Assembly: GCA_012729815.1 (NCBI GenBank)
Contig: JAAYCJ010000174.1
Coordinates: 1,668 to 65,667, forward strand
Reading direction: 5' to 3'
Source of the DNA: Phycisphaerae bacterium
GTDB taxonomy: Bacteria > Planctomycetota > Phycisphaerae > JAAYCJ01
Length of the DNA: 64,000 nucleotides
Translations under genes and position numbers: made by a program
The notes under the pieces: generated by a model
What the model saw: the letters and a program-made list of their open reading frames with translations, nothing else
Told to the model about the DNA's origin: nothing
The model's database searches: none
Shown: positions 37,384 to 46,375 of the stretch, in pieces
Numbering within the stretch: the stretch's first letter is position 1
How the letters are laid out: every line of letters starts with the position of its first letter

Positions 37384-39654
37384 GTGGGTTACAATCGGCC
37401 GAAAGGCTTTCTTTCCCTGATGAGGACACGCTTGAACTACTCCTGGACCGGTCTGTCGCTTCGGGCGACGACGTTGCTGTTTTTTCTGGCCGGCGGATTC
37501 GCCGCAGCCATGCTGCAGAAGGTGCTCAATACCGCCCTGTGGCCGGGCAACCACGCTGCGCTGGGTTTTGCCCTGTTTCTGCTGCTGGGTGGCCTGCTGG
37601 GTCTTTCGCTGCCGGAGCTTCGCGCGGCGGCGACGCCTCTGCTGCAGCTTCAAGTGAGGGGCGAGGGGGCCGGCCGCCGCCCGGGGCAATTCCAAACGGC
37701 TCAGACCGCCCTAACGCTGTGCGGACTTCTACTGATCGTCGTCGCGATCGTCTGCTCCGCCGCCACCTCGTTGATCGCCGACTCGCCGCTGTACTGGTCC
37801 GACCGGCTGGCCCTGACCCGCTGGTCGTGGCCGCTGCTGGCCATGCTGCTGGCAGGCCTGCCCGCTTGGCCGCTGGGGGTGTGCCTGGGGCTGCTGGTGC
37901 AACTGGTGTACAGCGGTTTTGTCCGCCTTCATTGCCCAACTGGCCTGCAGGCGTCGCACCCGCGCGTCCAGCACGTGCTGGCTTCGGCGATCGCGTGGAT
38001 GCTGGCTGGTCTGGTTGCCGGGTTTTTGCTGGGTAACCTCTCAGCCGACCGGTGGTTTGTTCGGTGGCACGTGCTGGTGCTGGTCCCGTGTCTGGGTTGG
38101 CTGGCCGGCATGCTGCCCGCCCTGGCCCGCAAGACCGCTGCGGTACCCGCCCAACCCGACGCGACGGAGGACCAACTGCCTCGCCCGGTCTCAGCCAATC
38201 TGCCCGAGGTGGCCACCGCGCCAAGCCAAACCGCCCTGCTGGCTGCGGGTGTGCTCGGTTGGCTGGGCCTCTGGCAGGCCTACCACTGGCACTTCGCCCT
38301 GACCAACTGGTTTCGGGATCCGCCGATGGCGACTCGGACGATGCTTCTCGCCGTTCTGCTGGGACCTCTGGCCGTTATGGCCGGACGGTTCTTGCACCGC
38401 CACCTGTGCAGCCGGATCGCGCCGTTGCGGCTGACCCCCATCGATCGCCAGGGCCTCTCGCTGGCCGTTCTGGCCCTGGTCAACCTGATCTGCCTGCCCC
38501 TGACGGTCGCGGCCGATGCCTCCCCTGCGACCACACAACTGCTTTTGTTGCTGATGCTTGCGATCTACGTCCTGTGCATCGAGTGCGCCTTGCCGGCCCT
38601 GGCCCTGGGCCGAACCAGCCGCTTTGATCTCTGGTCGGTCCTGGCCAAGGCCCTGGCGTTCGGCGCCGTACTGGCGATCGGGTCGCTGATCGTCTGGCAT
38701 CGCACCTCGACGGGCAATCTGGCGGCCTTGGCCTTGGGTTCGATCATTGCGATCGCCGCCGCCGGCGTAGCCCTGATCTACGACGAGCCGCACGTCCGCG
38801 TCCGACGGCTGGCCCCGCCGACCGCGACGGCGATGAACGCGGCCACGTTCCTGTCGCTCTATGCCGTTCTTGTCGCCGTCGTGCTCGTAACACCCAAGCT
38901 CAAGCCCTACTGGCTTCGCGGCCAAGCCCTGGCTGCGGCTGAAACCCACAGCGGCAGTGCGTTTGTGCATGAGGGACCGCAAGGTCTTGTGATCAGTACC
39001 CCTGAATTGACGTTCACCGGCCGCAACGGCGGTGTATTGGGCGAGGAAAGCCTCCACCTGGCCCGCCTGCTGATCGAGCCGCTGGAGATCTCGCGAGCCG
39101 CCCGCGTGTTGCTCGTGGGTTTCCCTTGTCCCGCCGGGCAGGACGACGGCAGCCCGCTCGCGATGTGCATCCAGACCGATTTTCAGGTGGCGGCCGCCCG
39201 GCTGGCTTGCTCGTGGACCTCCACATCGACCGCTGACACAACCGCCCCAGCCTCCAAGCCTGCCGGGCCGGATGATCCCGAGAGTCTCACGAACTACCGA
39301 AAGCTGGATCGTCTGGATCTCCGGATTCTTCGAGACCGTTACGATACGGTGGTCGTCCTGCTGCCGACACCGAGACGCCCTGCCACGTGGCCGAAAATAG
39401 CCCTTACCCTCCAGAAGACGATCCGCCTAGCCGGCGACGTCGACCGCCTCTATTTCATCCTGCCCGGCAACTATGGCCCGGCCAATGGGGCAGTCCAAGC
39501 CGCACTGGCCGCTGCCGTACCCGACCAAGGCCTGATGCGGCTTGATATCTCCGGCCAATCCGGAGACTGGACCATTCTGGGTACTCATAGGGGCATTGAA
39601 TCAGCAGCTACAAAATTACTTATGGTTAGCGATCCCTACTTCACACGTCGCTGA
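37384..39654 (+). CDS. large polytopic membrane protein, unknown function (756 aa; true start may be ~37420)
   Basis: More than 12 hydrophobic helices and a C-terminal soluble region with a Rossmann-like stretch (VLLVGFPCPAGQDDG). Confidence 0.6.
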   Translation: MGYNRPKGFLSLMRTRLNYSWTGLSLRATTLLFFLAGGFAAAMLQKVLNTALWPGNHAALGFALFLLLGGLLGLSLPELRAAATPLLQLQVRGEGAGRRPGQFQTAQTALTLCGLLLIVVAIVCSAATSLIADSPLYWSDRLALTRWSWPLLAMLLAGLPAWPLGVCLGLLVQLVYSGFVRLHCPTGLQASHPRVQHVLASAIAWMLAGLVAGFLLGNLSADRWFVRWHVLVLVPCLGWLAGMLPALARKTAAVPAQPDATEDQLPRPVSANLPEVATAPSQTALLAAGVLGWLGLWQAYHWHFALTNWFRDPPMATRTMLLAVLLGPLAVMAGRFLHRHLCSRIAPLRLTPIDRQGLSLAVLALVNLICLPLTVAADASPATTQLLLLLMLAIYVLCIECALPALALGRTSRFDLWSVLAKALAFGAVLAIGSLIVWHRTSTGNLAALALGSIIAIAAAGVALIYDEPHVRVRRLAPPTATAMNAATFLSLYAVLVAVVLVTPKLKPYWLRGQALAAAETHSGSAFVHEGPQGLVISTPELTFTGRNGGVLGEESLHLARLLIEPLEISRAARVLLVGFPCPAGQDDGSPLAMCIQTDFQVAAARLACSWTSTSTADTTAPASKPAGPDDPESLTNYRKLDRLDLRILRDRYDTVVVLLPTPRRPATWPKIALTLQKTIRLAGDVDRLYFILPGNYGPANGAVQAALAAAVPDQGLMRLDISGQSGDWTILGTHRGIESAATKLLMVSDPYFTRR

Positions 39655-39872
39655 CAACAAGTCTCTTCCGCCACCCCCTAACACTTCTGCTTTTATTAGA
39701 ACATCATTACTAAATATAACTCCCCACCGCTGCAGTTTCACCACTAGACATATGGCATAGTTAATATAAGGAAACGAACACGATCATCGACGTCCCGCGC
39801 ATTAAGTCGCCCTGCACAACCGTCGATAACAACACTGGAAAGCTGGGTTTGCAGTTACTTTGAAAGGTCGCC

Positions 39873-40010
39873 ATGAAAGACAAGTCGCCCTGGCTGATTG
39901 AAGTGATTATTACAGCCATCGTCCTGCTGGTGATGGCTTCGGTGCTCGTGCCACACCACGGCGAGGCGAGTTCCAACCCGCCCTCGCAGGAAAGTTCGGC
40001 CGCCCGATAG
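39873..40010 (+). CDS. unannotated small ORF, 45-aa single-TM protein (MKDKSPWLIEVIITAIVLLVMASVLVPHHGEASSNPPSQESSAAR)
   Basis: Below the 60-aa cutoff of the ORF track; found by reading. ATG at 39873, stop TAG at 40008-40010. GC3-biased codons. 73 nt upstream of the PAS histidine kinase. Confidence 0.45.
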   Translation: MKDKSPWLIEVIITAIVLLVMASVLVPHHGEASSNPPSQESSAAR

Positions 40011-40083
40011 CCGTGACGATCGGCAACCCGATCGGCACGCAAGCCCGCTGGACGACGGAGACAACGAGAGAGGGGTAAAGAAA

Positions 40084-41550
40084 ATGAGTCTGACCGAACG
40101 CATACACGAAGTGCTTCTGACCCTGTTCGTGGTGGTCTTCCTGCTGGCCGTCTGGGGCCTGACCGGGGTGGGCGGAGCCGACAGTCTTCCCGTGAGCATC
40201 TGGACCGCGATCGGCGCCGTCAGCGCGGCCGGCGCCCTGCTCGAGATCTTCATGCACCTTCGCACCCGTCAAGCCCTGAAGGTCATGCGAACGCAGCTCG
40301 AGCGGATGTCCAACCAGTCGCAGGTCGGCATGGTCATGATCGACGACCACTGGCCGGTGGCCGGCCTGGCCAACATGCTGAACCACTACTTGTCCCGCAT
40401 CCGCCAGGAAATGGACGAGCAGACCCGCCGGCGGCGCGAGCTCGATCTGCTGGTCGCCGCGGTCAATGCCGAAAAGAGCAACACCGAAGCCGTCATCAGG
40501 AGCATCACCGATCCGGTGCTCGTGCTCAACGCGTTCGGCGAACCGATCCTCTCGAACTGGCACGCCGAACAGCTCTTCGGCTTTTCGGCCAAGGAAGCCA
40601 AGGGCAAGTCTCTCGAGGACCTGGTGAATGTTCAGCGGATCCTCGCCCTGGTGACCGAGGCCCGCAGCGGCCGCAAGGAACCGATCCGCGACGAATTGTG
40701 GATTCGCGACCCGGCGGGAACCGACCGCTGCTTCGACGCGACGGTCTCTCCGGTATTCATCAAGGACGACGCCCCGTGGGCGATCGTGCTCACCCTGCAC
40801 GACCTGACCCGCGAACGCCAGTTGGCGGAACTGAAGAACGAGTTCGTCAACCACGTCACCCACGAGCTTCGCACCCCCCTTTCGAGCATCCGCGCCTACA
40901 CCGAACTGCTGCTTGACGACGAGCTTCAAAGCGCCAACCAGCGGGCCGATTTCTACCGCATCATCGATAATGAAGCCGCCCGTCTCGAGCGGTTCATCGA
41001 GAACATCCTGAACCTCAGCCGGATCGAATCGGGAGTCATGCCGTTTGTGCCCGTCCCGGTCGACCTGACTCACGAACTCAGGGAAGCAGTCGCCCTGATG
41101 CAGATGCAGGCCCGCGAAAGGCAGATCGATCTGACCCTGGAGGCGCCGGACAGCCTGACCGTCCAAGCCGACCCCGACCTGTTGCGCCAAGCGGTGCTCA
41201 ACCTCGTGGGCAACGCGGTCAAGTACACGCCGCCCTCCGGCAGCGTCACCGTCTGCGCCTGGCCGGTTCAGGACGGCGTCTGCCGCATCGACGTCAGCGA
41301 CACCGGGATCGGAATTGCCCCGCAGGACCAGGAACGGGTCTTCGAAAAATTCTATCGCACGCGGACCGGCCACCAGATCGCCCCGGGCACCGGGCTGGGC
41401 CTGGCCCTGACGCGAAAGATCGTCGAGGAACTCCACGGCGGACAGCTCACGCTCGAATCGACCCCCGACAAGGGCTCGAAGTTCACCATCAACCTGCCCC
41501 AGCCGGTCGACCTGACGGTCGAGGAAGCCCGGACGCTGGAAACGGTCTAG
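40084..41550 (+). CDS. membrane-anchored PAS sensor histidine kinase
   Basis: Two N-terminal TM helices, a PAS-like region, HisKA (HVTHELRTPLSSIRAY) and HATPase (GNAVKYT, DTGIGIA, GTGLGLAL). Confidence 0.9.
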   Translation: MSLTERIHEVLLTLFVVVFLLAVWGLTGVGGADSLPVSIWTAIGAVSAAGALLEIFMHLRTRQALKVMRTQLERMSNQSQVGMVMIDDHWPVAGLANMLNHYLSRIRQEMDEQTRRRRELDLLVAAVNAEKSNTEAVIRSITDPVLVLNAFGEPILSNWHAEQLFGFSAKEAKGKSLEDLVNVQRILALVTEARSGRKEPIRDELWIRDPAGTDRCFDATVSPVFIKDDAPWAIVLTLHDLTRERQLAELKNEFVNHVTHELRTPLSSIRAYTELLLDDELQSANQRADFYRIIDNEAARLERFIENILNLSRIESGVMPFVPVPVDLTHELREAVALMQMQARERQIDLTLEAPDSLTVQADPDLLRQAVLNLVGNAVKYTPPSGSVTVCAWPVQDGVCRIDVSDTGIGIAPQDQERVFEKFYRTRTGHQIAPGTGLGLALTRKIVEELHGGQLTLESTPDKGSKFTINLPQPVDLTVEEARTLETV

Positions 41551-41562
41551 CCGCAGGGAGTC

Positions 41563-41961
41563 ATGGAACGCCAGACGCAAACCATCATCATCGTCGATGA
41601 CGAGCCTCACATCGTTCGCGTGGCCGAGTTGAAACTGGCTCGCGCCGGCTGGCACGTGGTCGCGTGCCACGACGGACAAGGGGCCTGGGAATCGCTGCAG
41701 CGACACTCACCGGCCATGGTAATCACCGACTATCAGATGCCGCAAATGGACGGGCTGGAACTGGCCCGAAAGATGGCCCGCGATCCACGCTTCGCCTCGG
41801 TGCCGGTCATCCTGCTGACCGCACGCGGCTTTGCCCTGTGCGAAGCGGACCTGGAGACCACAAACATCGTCAAGATTCTGAGCAAGCCCTTCAGCCCGCG
41901 CGGGCTCGTGGCTCTGGTTCGCCAGGAACTGGAGAAAGCGGTAGCGGAGGCGGTGACGTGA
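41563..41961 (+). CDS. single-domain response regulator (CheY-like REC)
   Basis: IIIVDDEPH...DYQMPQMDG...ILLTARG...KPF. Confidence 0.9.
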   Translation: MERQTQTIIIVDDEPHIVRVAELKLARAGWHVVACHDGQGAWESLQRHSPAMVITDYQMPQMDGLELARKMARDPRFASVPVILLTARGFALCEADLETTNIVKILSKPFSPRGLVALVRQELEKAVAEAVT

Positions 41962-43487
41962 CCCATGCGCACGCGGACACCGCCGTCCTCTCGCCGATGA
42001 TCGAGCACGTGCGGGCGCTGTGGTCGCGGCTGGAAGGGAACGTCGGCTGGATGGACCGCGACGGCCGTTCGGATCTGGCCGGCTGCGACCCGGACCACTG
42101 GAATGCCCTGGAAGACGCCCTCGCCGAGTCGCTACGGCAGTGCGCTCCGGTCCAATTCCAGGCCGCTCGCCGTAGCGGCTTGGCCGTTCCCATTCTGTCG
42201 TTCGGAAGGTGCGTCGGCAGCGTCGCCTGCCTGGTCGCAGGCCGCTCAGTGGACGAGACGGACGCCCTTCTGGCCGTCTTCGCCGACCAGCTCCGCGGCG
42301 TGGAACGGCAGACACAGGACCGTTTCGAGTTGGACTCGATGTCCGAACAGCTTGGGCAAAGCTATGAGGAGCTGAGCCTGGTCTACAAACTCGGCGGCGG
42401 AACGAACCTGACCGACGGCCCGAAGGAGTATTTCCAGCGGTTCGCCGATGAACTGCTGGAGATCATCGGGGCCCGAACCCTGGTGGCCCTGATCCAGCCG
42501 CCCAAACAGGACTACAGCCAACCGTTCATCGCGGGCGAGGGACTCGGCTCGGAAGTACGGACCGAGGCGGTCGCCCGCTACGTGCTCCAACTCGCTTCGC
42601 GAACTGCGGGGCCGGTCATTCTGACCAACCTCTCGGCCCATCCGACGCTGGTGCAACTGACCGGAGGAACCGACCGAAGCATGCTGGCCGCTCCCTTGCG
42701 GGCGGGCCAGAGCGTGCTCGGCGTGATCGTGGCCATCGACAGGCACGGCCGGGACACGTTCGACTCGGCCGATGCCAAACTGCTCAACTCGGTGGCTGAG
42801 CAGACCGCTGGATTCCTCGAAAACCGTTTTCTGGTCCAGGACCTCAACGAGCTGTTCATCGGCCTGCTGACCAGTCTCGTCAGCACCATCGACGCCAAGG
42901 ACCCCTACACCTGCGGACACAGCCAGCGGGTCGCCCTCATCTCGCGGTGCATCGCCGAATCGCTGGGCCTGGGCATCAACGAAATCACGGAAGTCTATCT
43001 GGCCGGGCTGTTTCACGACGTGGGCAAGATCGGTGTCGATGACGCCGTCCTGGCCAAACCCGGACGCCTGACCGCCGAAGAGTACGAAAAGGTCAAAGAA
43101 CACCCGGTGATGGGGGCCAGGATCATCTCGGGCATCAAGCAGCTTCGCAACATCATTCCCGGCGTGCTCTACCATCACGAACGCTACGACGGCTCCGGGT
43201 ATCCTGAAGGGCTCAAGGAGGATGCGATCCCGATGATGGGAGCGATCGTGGCCCTCGCCGACTGCCTCGACGCCCTGACCTCCGGCCGAACCTACCGCAG
43301 CGCCCTGAGCTTCGAAGCGGCCATTACCGAACTCACCAGGCCGGAAGAGAAGAAGTTCTCGCCGGCGATCCTGCATGCCCTGCTCGAATGCCCCGCCAAC
43401 ACGCTGGAGCGCCAACTCCAAGCCGCCCAATCGGAAAACAGAAGCAGCCAGCCCATCCCGTCGATCGGCTGGCTGCAGGACTATTAA
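41958..43487 (+). CDS. GAF-domain HD-GYP phosphodiesterase (c-di-GMP hydrolase family)
   Basis: GTG start at 41958 overlaps the REC stop by 4 nt (GTGA); an alternative ATG lies ~41996. HD motif LFHDVGKIGV and HHERYDGSGYP (HD-GYP). Confidence 0.85.
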   Translation: MTHAHADTAVLSPMIEHVRALWSRLEGNVGWMDRDGRSDLAGCDPDHWNALEDALAESLRQCAPVQFQAARRSGLAVPILSFGRCVGSVACLVAGRSVDETDALLAVFADQLRGVERQTQDRFELDSMSEQLGQSYEELSLVYKLGGGTNLTDGPKEYFQRFADELLEIIGARTLVALIQPPKQDYSQPFIAGEGLGSEVRTEAVARYVLQLASRTAGPVILTNLSAHPTLVQLTGGTDRSMLAAPLRAGQSVLGVIVAIDRHGRDTFDSADAKLLNSVAEQTAGFLENRFLVQDLNELFIGLLTSLVSTIDAKDPYTCGHSQRVALISRCIAESLGLGINEITEVYLAGLFHDVGKIGVDDAVLAKPGRLTAEEYEKVKEHPVMGARIISGIKQLRNIIPGVLYHHERYDGSGYPEGLKEDAIPMMGAIVALADCLDALTSGRTYRSALSFEAAITELTRPEEKKFSPAILHALLECPANTLERQLQAAQSENRSSQPIPSIGWLQDY

Positions 43488-43503
43488 TTCACCGAGTAAG
43501 CGC

Positions 43504-45948
43504 TCAGTCTCTCGTCCACCGCACTCCGATCAGTGCGAAACCTGTCAGCAGCAGAGCCGCCAGGATCGCCGCCAGACCGCTGCACGGCAACGGCATGTCC
43601 AGATCATCCACCTGGGCATCCGTCTCCTTGGGCTGCTCGACCGGAGCCGCCGGCTCCGGGGTCTCGTCGGGCTCCGCAATCGGCTCCTGCACGTCGCGGA
43701 CCGGCGAAGCCGCTTGTCCGCTCTCGGCGAACACCGCCACGACCGACTTGGGACCGTTCATGATGAAGCTCAGCGGATTGTCCGTGCTGATCTGGTCGCC
43801 TTCCCATCGGACGAAGCTCCACCCCTCCGACGGAGTGGCCGTCAGTTCCACGATGCTGCCGGCGGCGAACAGGCCGCCGAACGGCACCACCTCGCCTTCG
43901 CCGACGATGGAGATCGACAGCGGATGGTTGATCGTGTCGGGCCGGATGAACTCCGCCTGGACGGTCCGGTCGCGATTCATCAGCACGGCGATCGACGGTT
44001 CGTAGATGAACTCGGTGTCCAGATCGCCCCACCACCGCCGGAACTCCCAGCCTTCTTCCGGCTGGGCGACGAGGTCCACGAACGTATCGTCGTCGTAGAT
44101 CGGCCCGTTCGGATCGCGAACGATCCGCCCCAGACCGGTGACCACCGGGGTCAGAATCCGCTGCTTGATGAACACGGCCTGAACCGCCTTGTCCTCGCCC
44201 ATCACCACGGTCAGCGGATTGGTCGTGCCGGAGGCGTCGCCCTCCCAATGGTCAAACCGCCACCCCTTGGCCGGCGTCGCCGTCAGCGCCACGTTCTGAT
44301 CCGGCGAGTAGTACGTATCTTCCGGATCCGGATTGACCGTCACCGTGCCGCCGCCCACCGCGCTGGCGTAGATTCGATACGCCGGCTCGAACTTGGCGAC
44401 CACCGACGTGGGATGAACCACCTCAACCCGGGTCGGATTCTCCAGCGGCCTCTCAGCCCCGACCCACTCGCTGAACCGGTAGCCGGGGTACGGAACCGCG
44501 GTCACCGAAAGGTAACTCAGCTGCTGATAACTGAATTCATACCGATCTCGCAGCACCGCGCCGGCCCCTTCCGGCTCGGTCGTCGTGCTCACCAGGGCGC
44601 CTCCGCCGATCCCGATGACAGCGGCTTGGCTGAAGCTGTACGGAGTGGTGCATCCGTCTCCAGGCAGATCGATGCTGTACCATCCGTCGCACTGCCCGGA
44701 CCACCCGAGATTGAAATGGTACAAGTAGTATCGCTCATCCTCGTTGTCGTCGTCCTGAATGTACTGGTAGCCGTCCAGAACGAACGCGTGTCCGCCAAAT
44801 CCATTCTGGCCGCCGTAGAAGACCGGCCGTCCTTCATCCAGTTCCAGCCTCATCAGGCTTTCCCAGTCGCTGGTGGTGAGCATATAGCTCGGAACATACT
44901 GGACACTGCTCGAGTACTTCCAGTTGTTCCTCAGGGCATAGGGAACGCGACTCGAGAAAGCACCCGACCCGCCCAACTCCGCCGGCCCATAGTCCATGCC
45001 CACCGTAGCCCCGACGTAATAGCCGAGCCGCGCCACCGCGTCGATCTCACTGGTCGGGCTGCTCGGTGTAACGTATTGGCTGGTAATCGCCTGCCAGTTG
45101 ATCGCAGGCTCGTCGGTCAGGTCGTCGATCTCCACGTGAAGGTCGAGCGAGGAGGTATAGTAGTTGACGCCGCCTTGCCCCTTGCCATCAAAGGGATATT
45201 TCCAGTAGTTCATGATCTGAGCCGTCGCGGTGGCCACACATCCGACCACGCAACGGGTTCCGCCATACATCGGACAGAACCGATTGTATGGATCCCCCTG
45301 GTCCCACCGCGTCGTAACCATCGGACCCACCTGGTTGATGACGGTGGTCTCGCCCGCCTGCGCGCTCAAGTCGCGAAACTGCTCCGCCCTGGACTCGACC
45401 GTGGTCCACAATGGGTTGGCCAAGTTCCGATCGTTGGCCCGCGCGCACTCGATCCTGCTGAGCAATTCCTGGTAGAGCGCCTTGGCCGTCGGATTGGCAT
45501 TGGGATCGAAGGTGTTGGTCTCCGAATAGAAAAAGACCGGGACCACCCCATCCTCATTAACCACCACCAGATCACCGCCGGTGGGCAGACGGTATTTGTA
45601 GGCCACCACGTCGCCGGTCTCGCTGGCCAGTTCACCGGCGAAAGGCGTCGCCGGTTCCGGTGCGTTCGGGGTGGGAGTCCATCCCGCGCGAGCCAGGTGC
45701 CAGCCGGACAGGTACGCCCAGTCCGACGCCATCTGGTCGGCTGCGTCACGCGATACCGGCGCAGCCTGCACCATGCCGCTGATCGTCAAACCACAGAGGG
45801 CGAGAAGGGTGGAAAGGACAAAGAAGCTGCCGGACCTTCGGGGGGCTCCGGAAATTCCGTCTGCCATGGCATCCTCCAGGCAAATGAACGAGGTTCTCTG
45901 CAGGGGTCGGGCCTTTTCTACCGATCTTAAAGCCAAATCTATAAACAA
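43504..45948 (-). CDS. C10-family cysteine peptidase (streptopain/SpeB-like) with tandem beta-repeat domains and C-terminal hydrophobic anchor
   Basis: QGDPYNRFCP...CVVGCVATATAQIMNYWKYP, VGMDYGP, GGHAFVLDGY and YHFNLGWSG match the SpeB catalytic core. Four repeats carry W/F-x-x-W-x-G-D motifs. C-terminal LAAILAALLLTGFALIGVRWTRD. The signal peptide probably starts at the internal Met, ~45870. Confidence 0.85.
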   Translation of the reverse strand: MFIDLALRSVEKARPLQRTSFICLEDAMADGISGAPRRSGSFFVLSTLLALCGLTISGMVQAAPVSRDAADQMASDWAYLSGWHLARAGWTPTPNAPEPATPFAGELASETGDVVAYKYRLPTGGDLVVVNEDGVVPVFFYSETNTFDPNANPTAKALYQELLSRIECARANDRNLANPLWTTVESRAEQFRDLSAQAGETTVINQVGPMVTTRWDQGDPYNRFCPMYGGTRCVVGCVATATAQIMNYWKYPFDGKGQGGVNYYTSSLDLHVEIDDLTDEPAINWQAITSQYVTPSSPTSEIDAVARLGYYVGATVGMDYGPAELGGSGAFSSRVPYALRNNWKYSSSVQYVPSYMLTTSDWESLMRLELDEGRPVFYGGQNGFGGHAFVLDGYQYIQDDDNEDERYYLYHFNLGWSGQCDGWYSIDLPGDGCTTPYSFSQAAVIGIGGGALVSTTTEPEGAGAVLRDRYEFSYQQLSYLSVTAVPYPGYRFSEWVGAERPLENPTRVEVVHPTSVVAKFEPAYRIYASAVGGGTVTVNPDPEDTYYSPDQNVALTATPAKGWRFDHWEGDASGTTNPLTVVMGEDKAVQAVFIKQRILTPVVTGLGRIVRDPNGPIYDDDTFVDLVAQPEEGWEFRRWWGDLDTEFIYEPSIAVLMNRDRTVQAEFIRPDTINHPLSISIVGEGEVVPFGGLFAAGSIVELTATPSEGWSFVRWEGDQISTDNPLSFIMNGPKSVVAVFAESGQAASPVRDVQEPIAEPDETPEPAAPVEQPKETDAQVDDLDMPLPCSGLAAILAALLLTGFALIGVRWTRD

Positions 45949-46075
45949 ATTACGTCATTCGACATCGCTTTTCAACAGAAAATTCCGCCCGTGTTCAAAC
46001 AGGAAAGCCGCTGCGTCACACAGCGAACGCAACCCGATACGAACACGGGCGATAGGCCCCTGTGTCCCGGCAGCT

Positions 46076-46116
46076 ACAGTTATTTGATATAACTGTCAGT
46101 GTACGACGCACTGACC
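46076..46116. promoter_or_regulatory. two adjacent inverted repeats upstream of tRNA-Leu: ACAGTTAT-N5-ATAACTGT and GTCAGTG-N7-CACTGAC
   Basis: Read directly in the 240-bp intergenic region between the C10 peptidase gene and tRNA-Leu. Confidence 0.4.
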
Positions 46117-46146
46117 GCATTGTCCCTTCCCGATATGACGGTTGCT

Positions 46147-46175
46147 TGTAACGGTTCACTGCCACGTCTATAATC
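46147..46175 (+). promoter_or_regulatory. sigma-70-like promoter for tRNA-Leu (TTGTAA-N17-TATAAT)
   Basis: Perfect -10 TATAAT at 46170-46175, 15 nt upstream of the tRNA 5' end. -35-like TTGTAA with 17-bp spacing. Confidence 0.5.
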
Positions 46176-46190
46176 GGGACGGCGCGATTG

Positions 46191-46274
46191 GCCGGGTGGC
46201 GGAATCGGCAGACGCTGGGGACTTAAAATCCCCTCCCCGAAAGGGGGTACGGGTTCGAGCCCCGTCCCGGCCAA
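46191..46274 (+). tRNA. tRNA-Leu (anticodon UAA), class II with long variable arm
   Basis: Folded by hand: acceptor GGCCGGG/CCCGGCC, anticodon stem GGGGA/TCCCC with loop CTTAAAA (U33, anticodon TAA, A37), variable arm CCCCC-GAAA-GGGGG, T-arm ACGGG-TTCGAGC-CCCGT, discriminator A. No encoded CCA. Confidence 0.85.
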
Positions 46275-46375
46275 TACTCGATCCTGCCGCCGATGTTGCC
46301 CTTGACGCTGGAACCATCGTTGCGGATAATCCCACGGAATGTGTCGGCCCAGGGATGTGCCGGCCTGCATGGCAG

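Noticed and set aside
39910-45930. Long minus-strand ORFs (39910..41706, 42246..43430) and plus-strand ORF 43375..45930
   Set aside because: Each is antisense to a gene with clear family motifs (PAS-HK, GAF-HD-GYP, C10 peptidase); no motifs of their own.
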